A DNA stretch of 64,000 bases from a virus. The first letter of the stretch is position 1. Every line of letters starts with the position of its first letter. The notes under the pieces were generated by a model. That model was not told where the DNA came from. It saw only the letters and a program-made list of their open reading frames with translations, and did no database searches. A program made the position numbers and the translations under genes. The stretch lies in the IMG/VR virus record IMGVR_UViG_3300025012_000055, positions 27,381-91,380 of that record; one strand, given 5' to 3'. This document shows, one piece after another, positions 20,541-28,960 of this stretch.

Positions 20541-21563
20541 ATGAATAAAGACCCATATCAAATATTAGGACTTAATAAAGATGCATCACAAGATGAAATT
20601 AAAAAGGCTTTTAGAAAAAAAGCAATACAACATCACCCAGATAAGGGGGGGGATGAAGAAAAATTCAAAGAAATTAATTGGGCAAACTCAATTCTCTCTG
20701 ATTCACAAAAAAAAGAACAATATGATAACTTAGGTCATGTTGGAAAAGGACAAGAATTTGAGGGGTTTAATATGAATGATATATTTTCTCATTTTGAAAA
20801 TATGTTTGGTTTCAGAAGAAACAGGCAAGGATATAATAATCAAAATAAAGGTACTAATTTAAGAATTAAAATTAAAGTAAATTTAAAAGAAGTATTAGAA
20901 GGAACTCAGAGAAAAATTAAAATAAATAGACATGTTAAGTGTGATAGTTGTTCTGGAAGGGGTGGAACAGGGGAAATAACATGTTTAAATTGTAAAGGTT
21001 CTGGGCAACTAACAAATTCACAAAGAACAGCATTTGGTATGTTCCAACAAACAATAATATGTTATATTTGTAATGGTTCTGGTAAAATAATTCAAAATAA
21101 ATGTCATAATTGTTCTGGAGAAGGAATAATACCGAAACAAGAATATCTTGGAATAGAAATACCAAAAGGTGTGGAAGAAGGAATGCAATTAAATATGCCA
21201 GGATATGGGAATTGTGGGAAAAATAATGGTCCAAATGGAGATTTATTAATATTAATAGAAGAAGAAAAACATCCTCACTTAATAAGAGAAGGTTTAAATG
21301 TTATTTATAATTTAGATTTAAATTATGTTGATGCTTGTTTGGGATCAAATATTGAAATACCTACAATATTAAATAATACTAAAATTGATATTAAATCTGG
21401 AACACAACCTGGAAAAGTATTAAAATTAAAAAGAAAAGGATTACCAAATATAAATAATTCTTATGAGGTTGGAGACCAATTAATAAACATAAACGTAATT
21501 ATTCCAAACAATCTAAAATCTGAAGAAAAACATTTATTAGAACAAATAAAAGAATTAAAATAA
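20541..21563 (+). CDS. dnaJ: DnaJ chaperone
   Basis: J domain HPD, G/F region, four CxxCxGxG repeats, C-terminal domain. Confidence 0.95.
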   Translation: MNKDPYQILGLNKDASQDEIKKAFRKKAIQHHPDKGGDEEKFKEINWANSILSDSQKKEQYDNLGHVGKGQEFEGFNMNDIFSHFENMFGFRRNRQGYNNQNKGTNLRIKIKVNLKEVLEGTQRKIKINRHVKCDSCSGRGGTGEITCLNCKGSGQLTNSQRTAFGMFQQTIICYICNGSGKIIQNKCHNCSGEGIIPKQEYLGIEIPKGVEEGMQLNMPGYGNCGKNNGPNGDLLILIEEEKHPHLIREGLNVIYNLDLNYVDACLGSNIEIPTILNNTKIDIKSGTQPGKVLKLKRKGLPNINNSYEVGDQLININVIIPNNLKSEEKHLLEQIKELK

Positions 21564-21571
21564 ATAATTTA

Positions 21572-22027
21572 ATGAAAACTATTCTAAAAACAAAAAGACA
21601 AGAATTCATTGATATTTTAAATAAAGAAGATATTCCTTATAAAATAACTCCCCCCTTTCGGGGGGTTATGAAAAACAATAAATCCTCCCCCTCGGGAGGT
21701 TATAAGATTATTATTGATGGTTCTTATATAAATTCTAAATTAATAACATATATTCCAGATAATGTTGAATTTAATAATAAAAGTTTTGTAAGTTTATCTT
21801 CTCTTAAAAAAATGGGAAATAATATTAAGTTTAATAATAAGCATAATGTGTGGCTAATTTCAATTTTTTATTTTAATACATTTTCTGTTAATTTCACAAA
21901 TAATATTCATGATGTATTTTTTGGAAAAGAAACATACTGGATGAATTTATTTCCTTATGAATTATATAATATTGGGGGAAATTTTCATATAATAAATAAA
22001 AAAAATGAATATAAAATAATAAAATAA
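21572..22027 (+). CDS. Hypothetical protein, paralog of 44379..44906, with two GC hairpin insertions
   Basis: Shared QEFIDILN.E.IPY, LITYIPDNVEFNN, SVNFTNN. Confidence 0.7.
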   Translation: MKTILKTKRQEFIDILNKEDIPYKITPPFRGVMKNNKSSPSGGYKIIIDGSYINSKLITYIPDNVEFNNKSFVSLSSLKKMGNNIKFNNKHNVWLISIFYFNTFSVNFTNNIHDVFFGKETYWMNLFPYELYNIGGNFHIINKKNEYKIIK

Positions 22028-22398
22028 AAAAAACTATAAAATTAGAAGTCGGTAAAACATATAAAAATTATGGTGTGTATCTTGGAATTACCACAGTTTA
22101 CGAATATAGTGGAAAAGTACATGAAGAACATAGATTTAGGTCTAATGAAACTGAAAATGATTTTGATGGATTTGATAATATTCCAGTGATTAAAGAAATC
22201 AGGACAGATGATGAAAAGATATTGAAGAGAATAGAACATGAAAATCAAATTAATTATAAAAAAAATCATTATAAATAAACGACCAGAAAAATGGGGTAGT
22301 GGATTATGGACAAAAAAACATACAATATATCTTTTATTTGGAATATTTCCAATTTGGCATGATTATTATTATTATATTAAAAAAATAAATAATAAAAA

Positions 22399-22683
22399 AT
22401 GAAATCAAAAGAAGATTATTTTATTGAGTTATTAAAAGTTTTAAAACCAAAAACTCTTAATGAACATCCAGATTATATATTTTATGTTTATAAAGATAAA
22501 CTTTATATTGAATATAATAAAAAAACTAACCATGCCTGGGTAGATTATAATAGAATATGGAAAATTTTTTCATCCAAATATCATTGTAATTCTCAGGAAA
22601 TCAAGAAGATAACAACTGACCTGTTGGAAGAACATTTAAAATTGAAGGGAGTAACAACTATGGGCTTTGTCCATATTTTCTGA
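22399..22683 (+). CDS. Hypothetical protein, paralog of 53245..53541; its 3' end carries the CRISPR-like repeat
   Basis: KSKE.YF.ELLKVLKP...PDYIFY..KDK.YI.YNKK...DYNRIW..KKITTDL.EEHLKL.GVTT. Confidence 0.75.
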   Translation: MKSKEDYFIELLKVLKPKTLNEHPDYIFYVYKDKLYIEYNKKTNHAWVDYNRIWKIFSSKYHCNSQEIKKITTDLLEEHLKLKGVTTMGFVHIF

Positions 22684-22711
22684 CTGCCGTTGGAAGAACA
22701 TTTAAAATTGA
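22623..22711 (+). CRISPR. Possible mini CRISPR-like unit: 36-nt repeat, 30-nt spacer, partial repeat
   Basis: GTTGGAAGAACATTTAAAATTGAAGGGAGTAACAAC (22623-22658), spacer 22659-22688 (13/30 GC), 23-nt repeat copy 22689-22711; no cas gene in the window. Confidence 0.4.
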
Positions 22712-22715
22712 TAAG

Positions 22716-24872
22716 ATGATAAAAACAATAACATATAAAAAATACAAAGATTTATTAAAACAGAATCTTAATGGGTCCCCAGTAAATATAATAGAACATA
22801 GCAATTTTGTAAAAAATTTATTTAAATTAGACAAAAAAGTTAATGACCAATTACAAAATAAAAAATATTCAAATAGTTCATGGTCAATTAGAAAACTTGA
22901 AATTGATAATTTTTTAAGTTATGGAAAAAATAATGTTATTGAGTTTGATAAATTAAATGGATTAGTAGGAATTTTTTCTAAAAATTTTATGGGGAAAACG
23001 GTGCTGTGTATCGATTCTTTATTGTTTTTATTTTTCAATACAACAACCAGAACATCAAAAAGTGAAGAAATTTTTAATTTATATACAAAGGATGATATTG
23101 TAAAAGTAAAAGGTTATATAAAAATTGATAATTCAAATTATATTATTGAAAGAGAAATAATAAGAAAATGGAAAAAAGATGGGACACCAAATTGTAGTAC
23201 TGAATTAAATTTTTATAAGGAATTAGATAATGATATAATAGAAAATTTGGAGGGGGAACAAAGACAAGAAACTGATAAAATAATCAAAAGTAAAATTGGA
23301 GATATGGAAGATTTTATTATGACTATTTTTACCACTGGTGATAATCTTATGAATTTTATTGAAACAAAACCCACAGAAAGAGGATTATTGTTGTGTAAAT
23401 TCCTTGGTTTAAATATATTCAAAGAGAAAGAAGAAATATGTAAAACAATATTTAATGATTGGAAAACAACATTAAAATCAAATTTATATAATATTCCGAC
23501 TTTAAAAAGTGAAATAGAAGAATTACAATCAGAAATAAAACAAAAAGAAACTCAGTTAAAAGAAAATAAAGATAAGTTAGTTATTGTTGAAAAAAACATA
23601 AAAGATACAAAAGAAACAAAGGATTCTTTATTATCTTCATTACATCAGGATATTGATGACAAATTATTAAAATCAGATCCTTTATTAATTGAAAATAAAA
23701 TAAGTGCAATAGAAAAAGATGTAACTAATAAAAAAAATGAATTAAAAGAAATTAAATTTAAAATTGATAATATTAAAGTAACATATAGTAAAATAGAACA
23801 TGAAAAATTAATACAAAAAGAAAGAGAACTATCCTCAAACGTAACAATATTAAAAAATGATATTGAAAGATTAGAAAAAGATATAAAAGAATTAAAAGAA
23901 GGAGAAATTTGTTCCAAATGTGGTCAATCATTAAAAGGTATTGATCATTCAAAAGAAATAAAAGAATTAAAAATTAAATTAGAATCAAATAATTTATCAT
24001 ATAAAAAATATAAAGAAGATTTGAATGGTACAGGACAACAATTAAAAGAATATAATGAAAATAAAGATAAAATAGAACAAAGAGATAAACTCCAACTTAA
24101 ATTTGATAGAACCGAAATTGAAATAGATTTATCAAATATAAATTTACAAAAAGAAAATGATAATTTAAAAAACTATCATAAAAATATTGATAAAATTAAT
24201 CAAAATAATAAAACAAATGAGAAGATAAGAGATATTAATTTTAAGGTTCATCAACAAGAAACAGATGAAAAAGAATTAATATCAATAATTAGAGAATTTG
24301 AAAATATTATTTTAAATAATAATAAGGATATTGAAGATAAAATAAAAATAGGAAAAGAAATAAGAGAAGAAGAAAAAATTTATAAAGTTTTTACTATCTA
24401 TTTAAGTTTGATGGGAAAAAATGGAATTTCCAAATCAATTTTACGTGATATGATTCCAAAATTAAATAATGAACTATCCAAATTATTGGAAGGAGTTGCA
24501 GAATTCACAGTTGAAGTATCAATCAATGAAAACAACCAGGAAATGGTATTGGATATGAAAGACAATAAAACTGGACTGATTAAATCATTAAAAACGGGTT
24601 CTGGATATGAAAGAACCATTGCCTCACTTGCATTAAGAGTAGTTTTAAATAAAATAAATTCTCTACCAAAACCAAATTTTATTATTTTTGATGAGCCGTT
24701 TGAAAAAGTATCAGAAGAGAATTTACAGGAGATGAGTTATTTTCTGGATAGAATAAAAAAGTATTATGATTTAATATTTTTGGTAACATTTAATTCTTTG
24801 GTAAAAGATTGGGTATCAAATGTTATAACAATAGAAAAAATAAATAATATTTCTACAATTAATTTGAATTAA
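22716..24872 (+). CDS. Rad50/SbcC (T4 gp46-like) recombination ATPase
   Basis: NFLSYG, NFMGKT Walker A, coiled coil with CSKCG zinc hook, SGYE signature, IIFDEPF Walker B. Confidence 0.92.
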   Translation: MIKTITYKKYKDLLKQNLNGSPVNIIEHSNFVKNLFKLDKKVNDQLQNKKYSNSSWSIRKLEIDNFLSYGKNNVIEFDKLNGLVGIFSKNFMGKTVLCIDSLLFLFFNTTTRTSKSEEIFNLYTKDDIVKVKGYIKIDNSNYIIEREIIRKWKKDGTPNCSTELNFYKELDNDIIENLEGEQRQETDKIIKSKIGDMEDFIMTIFTTGDNLMNFIETKPTERGLLLCKFLGLNIFKEKEEICKTIFNDWKTTLKSNLYNIPTLKSEIEELQSEIKQKETQLKENKDKLVIVEKNIKDTKETKDSLLSSLHQDIDDKLLKSDPLLIENKISAIEKDVTNKKNELKEIKFKIDNIKVTYSKIEHEKLIQKERELSSNVTILKNDIERLEKDIKELKEGEICSKCGQSLKGIDHSKEIKELKIKLESNNLSYKKYKEDLNGTGQQLKEYNENKDKIEQRDKLQLKFDRTEIEIDLSNINLQKENDNLKNYHKNIDKINQNNKTNEKIRDINFKVHQQETDEKELISIIREFENIILNNNKDIEDKIKIGKEIREEEKIYKVFTIYLSLMGKNGISKSILRDMIPKLNNELSKLLEGVAEFTVEVSINENNQEMVLDMKDNKTGLIKSLKTGSGYERTIASLALRVVLNKINSLPKPNFIIFDEPFEKVSEENLQEMSYFLDRIKKYYDLIFLVTFNSLVKDWVSNVITIEKINNISTINLN

Positions 24873-24936
24873 AAATAAACTATTGACTTTTTAATTTATT
24901 TTATTTATATTTGTAATTTAGATTATATTTATAAAC

Positions 24937-24950
24937 AAGTTCTTTGAAAT
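24937..24950 (+). promoter_or_regulatory. boxA-like antitermination element ahead of the RNA genes
   Basis: aagttctttgaaat shortly after the promoter at 24882-24913. Confidence 0.45.
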
Positions 24951-24955
24951 TAAAA

Positions 24956-25100
24956 GATATTATTTATTTAAGTGTTGGTCTTGGAATAATCCAGAAGTAA
25001 TATAATAGGAGAAACTTAATTGTGTTATCCCTTCCCATCAACCGTAGTACGTAGTATTACAACGAAGGATAAAAACACAGCTAAAATAAATAATTATATC
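24956..25100 (+). ncRNA. Unidentified structured RNA upstream of the tmRNA
   Basis: Closing helix tatttattt/aaataaata; hairpins tcttgga/tccaga, tgtgtt-atcccttc/gaaggat-aacaca, gtagtac/gtattac; no ORF. Confidence 0.5.
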
Positions 25101-25104
25101 ATAT

Positions 25105-25515
25105 GGGGATGACAGGCATTGACGTGATCAAAGTAGTCATAAAATATGTGTTTGGCATTCTGGAAAAGACAGAAGAATCGCTTAAATGGCGAATCAAACA
25201 AAGGACTCTCAAATGAGATTGCAAGGTTCTTGGTGTCAGATGAAAATCTGATTTTCAAAAATCAAGAAATTGAATTTGAAATTGCTTAACAAGGTTAAGT
25301 CAATTATATTGGAAACAGGATAGAGTTAAACTGAATAATCGGGAACAGATTTTAACTGAACATGTTTGTATAATCCAAACAATAAAATAAATCCTGATTA
25401 GTTTAGGGTAAAAGTTTGGGAACGATTCTTTAAAAATTGAACAAAAAATAACACTAAAAAAATATTTTATGTTGAAAGATTAACGGACCCGGTTTTCGAA
25501 TTACCGGCATCTCCA
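25105..25515 (+). ncRNA. ssrA: tmRNA
   Basis: 5' GGGGATGACAGGCATTGAC; 3' GGACCCGGT-TTTCGAATT-ACCGGCATCTCCA; acceptor stem with G3:U; TAAAT then resume codon GGC, tag ORF 25188-25289. Confidence 0.92.
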
Positions 25516-25584
25516 CTTTTTAATCCTTAACGATTAGGCTTGTTAGAGGTTTTTATTTAAAATAATTCACTTTTTATTGATAAT

Positions 25585-26172
25585 ATGAAAGTAGAACCAA
25601 TATTAAATCAAATACTTGCAGAATCATCATTATCAAGAGTATGGAATCATACAAATAATGATGATACTTTTGGTATTATTTCTGCATTCAAATTAGATAA
25701 TTATTGGGTTGAAAATATAATTTTACATAGTAATTTAAAAAAAGAAATTAAAAGTAAAGGATATGGTTTCATAGAGTTAGATAGTGGATATAGTTATCTT
25801 GATAATACTAATGAGGAAATATCGGTTAGAGAAAGATCATATTTTATTCCAAAAATTACATTTAAAGATATTACTGAATTAGGTAAAAAATATGAACAAG
25901 AAACTATTATATTTAAAGATAATGAATTTTTTATTTTAGTTAAACCAGATGGTACTATAGAAAAAACATTTTTAAAAGGAAACGGTTATAATTTTAAACC
26001 AGAGAATTTAAAAAACGCATGGAGTCAATTTATTAGAAGTAAAAACAAAAATGCAATTAAAAAATTTACTTTTAATGTCCAAGAAAGAATTATACCATCA
26101 AGAACCGATTCTTATAAAATGTTAGGAGAAAATAAAGGTTTAGCAAAAGTAAAATATATTAATTTATTTTAA
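25585..26172 (+). CDS. Conserved phage hypothetical protein (ESSLSR type)
   Basis: ESSLSRVW..GIISAF..E.SYFIP..LGKKYEQETII. Confidence 0.7.
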   Translation: MKVEPILNQILAESSLSRVWNHTNNDDTFGIISAFKLDNYWVENIILHSNLKKEIKSKGYGFIELDSGYSYLDNTNEEISVRERSYFIPKITFKDITELGKKYEQETIIFKDNEFFILVKPDGTIEKTFLKGNGYNFKPENLKNAWSQFIRSKNKNAIKKFTFNVQERIIPSRTDSYKMLGENKGLAKVKYINLF

Positions 26173-26178
26173 AATTTT

Positions 26179-26796
26179 ATGAATAATTTTTTAAAAAATT
26201 TTAGAAGATTATCTGGAATTAAAGAACTTTCATTAACTGAAGAATTTACTGGTTTCAAAAGAATTCATGTTTTAGAAACCGTTGGCAGAGGAATATCCTC
26301 TTTACAGCTTAACGGTATTTCTATTAACAGAGATAATTCAAAAGATAATGTAATAAATTATCAAATAAAAGAAGGAATATTAACAGAAGAAAAAGAATTT
26401 GTTTTCCCGGAAAATCAAAAAGGTGGAATTATTGTTTTTTCTATTGATGTTAATAAAAAGTTTGAATATAAAAATTTAATTGATAAAATTAAAGAATGGT
26501 TTAAACAAAAATATCAATCATTATTAAACAGAATATTTAAAGATAAAAAATTATCAAAAATTATAAGTAAACATGAAGAAATAACTGGATTTAGCATCGG
26601 TAAATTTTTTAAAGGAAGATATAAATCTCCTAATGGAAAACATTATGATGAAACAAGTACATCAATTGAAATAATTGGTATTGGTTCTGAATTATTGGAA
26701 ATTGTTGCATCAAAAATTGCTAGTGAATTTAATCAGGAAAGTGTATTAGTAAAAGATTATATAAAAAATGAAATATATTTAGCAAATAAAAAATAA
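26179..26796 (+). CDS. Conserved phage hypothetical protein
   Basis: C-terminal IASEFNQESVLVKD; N-terminal FRRLSGIKE motif. Confidence 0.7.
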   Translation: MNNFLKNFRRLSGIKELSLTEEFTGFKRIHVLETVGRGISSLQLNGISINRDNSKDNVINYQIKEGILTEEKEFVFPENQKGGIIVFSIDVNKKFEYKNLIDKIKEWFKQKYQSLLNRIFKDKKLSKIISKHEEITGFSIGKFFKGRYKSPNGKHYDETSTSIEIIGIGSELLEIVASKIASEFNQESVLVKDYIKNEIYLANKK

Positions 26797-26870
26797 TTGA
26801 TAAATAATTTGGATATGTCATTTATTTTACTTACCTTTGTATTTTAAAATTAAAATTAACTATTATTTTT

Positions 26871-27071
26871 ATGGATACAAATATAAAAGAACAAATTGAT
26901 AATATGGATTATGAATCAATGTTAAGATTATGGAGATTTAGTCCTGCTGGCCATTCATTATTTCAAGGAGAATCTGGTGAATATTTCAGTAAAAATATGA
27001 AAGAAAAACGTGATAAATTACCAAATGAAGAACATCCAATCATATCAAAAAGAATAGGTTGGGAAAAATAA
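26871..27071 (+). CDS. Small conserved hypothetical protein
   Basis: IDNMDYESMLRLWRFSP.G..FQGE.G.YF..SKRIGW; has its own promoter at 26808. Confidence 0.7.
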   Translation: MDTNIKEQIDNMDYESMLRLWRFSPAGHSLFQGESGEYFSKNMKEKRDKLPNEEHPIISKRIGWEK

Positions 27072-27138
27072 TTCATTTTATACTTGTTTATTTTAATTAT
27101 TTTACTTACTTTTGTATCTTGAAAGTATTTATAATAAA

Positions 27139-27210
27139 ATGAAAAACATAAATTTACATAATCTCCCACAGCTACCCAGTAATAAACATTGGGGTGGAAA
27201 ACTTATGTAA
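27139..27210 (+). CDS. Attenuator leader peptide 1 (MKNINLHNLPQLPSNKHWGGKLM)
   Basis: Codon run CTC CCA CAG CTA CCC matches downstream tRNAs Leu(TAG), Pro(TGG), Gln(TTG); lies between promoter and terminator. Confidence 0.8.
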   Translation: MKNINLHNLPQLPSNKHWGGKLM

Positions 27211-27237
27211 AAAAATTAAAAAAATACAATAGATTAT

Positions 27238-27277
27238 AAACCCTGATGTTCAATAAAAAAGTCATCAGGGTTTTTTT
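27238..27277 (+). terminator. Intrinsic terminator/attenuator before tRNA cluster 1
   Basis: aaaccctgatg..catcagggttttttt; the 5' arm can instead pair with 27185-27195. Confidence 0.85.
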
Positions 27278-27296
27278 ATTGATAAAAAATTAAAAT

Positions 27297-27368
27297 ATGG
27301 TGTTAGTTCAGAGGCAGAACGCTACATTTGGGATGTAGAGGTCGAGATATCATAATTCTCACACCATA
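27297..27368 (+). tRNA. tRNA-Pro(TGG)
   Basis: Cloverleaf, ctaca-tttggga-tgtag; atypical T loop. Confidence 0.85.
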
Positions 27369-27385
27369 CAAAAAAATTAAAAAAT

Positions 27386-27459
27386 ATTCCAGTATCCCAA
27401 TTGGTAGAGGATATAGTATTAGAAACTATAAAGTGAGAGTTCGAATCTCTCCTGGAGTA
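27386..27459 (+). tRNA. tRNA-Leu(TAG), short variable loop
   Basis: atagt-attagaa-actat; gagag-ttcgaat-ctctc. Confidence 0.85.
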
Positions 27460-27460
27460 C

Positions 27461-27534
27461 TACCGGATCTTCTAATTTTGGCAGGAAAGCACCCTTTGAA
27501 GGTGATAATATAGGTTAGATCCCTACTCTGGTAA
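27461..27534 (+). tRNA. tRNA-Gln(TTG)
   Basis: taccgga/tctggta acceptor; cacc-ctttgaa-ggtg. Confidence 0.75.
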
Positions 27535-27638
27535 CTACAAAAATTAAAAAAATATTAGATAATACTTGTTTATTTCAATTATTTTACTTACCTTTGTATT
27601 CTAAATATCTGAATTAATAACTTAAAAACCTAAAAAAA

Positions 27639-27845
27639 ATGAAAGATAAACCACAAAAGCCGAAATTGAATACTACTGTTGTTGGCGGTAGTTTTTATTG
27701 GGTTAGACCATTTCAAGGAGATGAATTTGAACCTGCAAAGGCTAGAGATAGATATGAGAATGGAGAGCTATATTTCTGCTTTACAAACGGTAGTGTGTTG
27801 GAAGTAGAGCGCGCTTGGGAGGTTGAGCCATTAAATTTCAGCTAA
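27639..27845 (+). CDS. Small cassette-like hypothetical protein
   Basis: Follows the promoter at 27565; stop codon within GCTAAC. Confidence 0.65.
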   Translation: MKDKPQKPKLNTTVVGGSFYWVRPFQGDEFEPAKARDRYENGELYFCFTNGSVLEVERAWEVEPLNFS

Positions 27846-27900
27846 CGGTTTTGGGATTGCTGTCAGGTTTCTTACGGATTAACAACTAAAATATAATTAT

Positions 27901-28140
27901 ATGAACGAAGAATTAAGAGTGATATCACAAAGCTATTGCGGAATGACACCGAAAGATAAAGGATGCAAAACTTGGGCTGAGATGCAACAGAAAATGGCAG
28001 ATGAATTGGAATGTGTAGTAAAAAATTATATTGTCCAAGCAAATGTTAGCGGACACTTGTGCCAATGTGGAAATCCGATTGCCAGAACGGAGTGCGATGA
28101 TTGTTTAGACAATAGAATTAGATGCAAGTTAGAAAATTAG
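27901..28140 (+). CDS. Small cassette-like Cys-rich protein
   Basis: CQCG..CDDC; flanked by GTTAGCGGA/TCCGCTAAC. Confidence 0.65.
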   Translation: MNEELRVISQSYCGMTPKDKGCKTWAEMQQKMADELECVVKNYIVQANVSGHLCQCGNPIARTECDDCLDNRIRCKLEN

Positions 28141-28222
28141 GTACAATTTCCGCTAACGCATCGGAGATTTATGAAGGATTTTTTACGACTTAAACTACAA
28201 ATTTAAAAATATAAAAAACACA

Positions 28223-28465
28223 ATGACAAAAGAAGAATTGATTACAAAGCAACAACTGGAAATAGAGCAGTATCAAATTGCAATAGAAGAAAACAAAAAA
28301 CTGCTGAAAAAGATAAAACTAAATTTCATTGCGATAGGGATGCCGTTAAATGATAACCTATTGCAATTTGATAAGAAGCAGATAAAATGGTGCTTGGAAA
28401 CATTAGAAATGATTGAACAAATTAACTGTACTGTGCTTGACTATGAGGGTGTGTGGGCGGGTTAA
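28223..28465 (+). CDS. Small hypothetical protein
   Basis: IG.PLNDN.LQF motif; A-rich initiation region. Confidence 0.65.
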   Translation: MTKEELITKQQLEIEQYQIAIEENKKLLKKIKLNFIAIGMPLNDNLLQFDKKQIKWCLETLEMIEQINCTVLDYEGVWAG

Positions 28466-28558
28466 AAAGTTTGCGTATAAGTAGGGGATTGTCGCAATAT
28501 TATTGATTTTTTAAAATATTTTACTTATATTTGTACTTTGAAACTATTTATTAAGAAA

Positions 28559-28639
28559 ATGAAAAACTGGTTAAACATATCAATTCATAGTAATAGTCGT
28601 AATATTATACGACCTGGAAGGGGTATGTTTATACAATAA
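28559..28639 (+). CDS. Attenuator leader peptide 2 (MKNWLNISIHSNSRNIIRPGRGMFIQ)
   Basis: 13 of codons 3-18 are decodable by the seven downstream tRNAs, and all seven are represented. Confidence 0.85.
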   Translation: MKNWLNISIHSNSRNIIRPGRGMFIQ

Positions 28640-28658
28640 TCATTTTTAAAAGATATAT

Positions 28659-28695
28659 AAAAAACCCCTTGGATTAAGTTTTTAAGGGGTTTTTT
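28659..28695 (+). terminator. Intrinsic terminator/attenuator before tRNA cluster 2
   Basis: aaaaaacccctt..aaggggtttttt; the 5' arm is also complementary to aaggggt 28618-28624. Confidence 0.85.
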
Positions 28696-28700
28696 AATTT

Positions 28701-28774
28701 TGGTCTGTAACTCAGAAGTTTAGAGTGCCAAGCCGTTAACTTGGAAGCCGGGATGGCAGAATTCCCCAGACCAG
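28701..28774 (+). tRNA. tRNA-Asn(GTT)
   Basis: ccaag-ccgttaa-cttgg; tggtctg/cagacca acceptor; atypical T loop. Confidence 0.8.
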
Positions 28775-28790
28775 CTGGAAATATAAAAAA

Positions 28791-28874
28791 GGAAAAGGAC
28801 TGGCATGGACGAAGAGATAGTCTTGAAAACTATTGTGTGTAAAAACATCGTGAGTTCGATTCTCACCTTTTCCG
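28791..28874 (+). tRNA. tRNA-Ser(TGA)
   Basis: atagt-cttgaaa-actat, long variable arm, G73. Confidence 0.85.
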
Positions 28875-28888
28875 CTTTTTTAAAAAAC

Positions 28889-28959
28889 AGGTTCTTGGTG
28901 TAATGGCAGCATCTGAAATTCCAAACTTCAGGGTATGGGTTCGAATCCTATAAAACTTG
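28889..28959 (+). tRNA. tRNA-Trp(CCA)
   Basis: tgaaa-ttccaaa-cttca; atggg-ttcgaat-cctat; G73. Confidence 0.8.
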
Positions 28960-28960
28960 C

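Noticed and set aside
22399-22711. Diversity-generating retroelement target
   Set aside because: No reverse transcriptase, and no template/variable pair with adenine-specific differences in the window
27139-27277. T-box riboswitch as the explanation for the tRNA leaders
   Set aside because: No T-box consensus or stem I, the leaders are too short, and all three carry an intact ORF with matched codons
27328-27513. 61-aa ORF in the track (also 61730..62116 and 63232..63507)
   Set aside because: These overlap tRNA genes and are spurious
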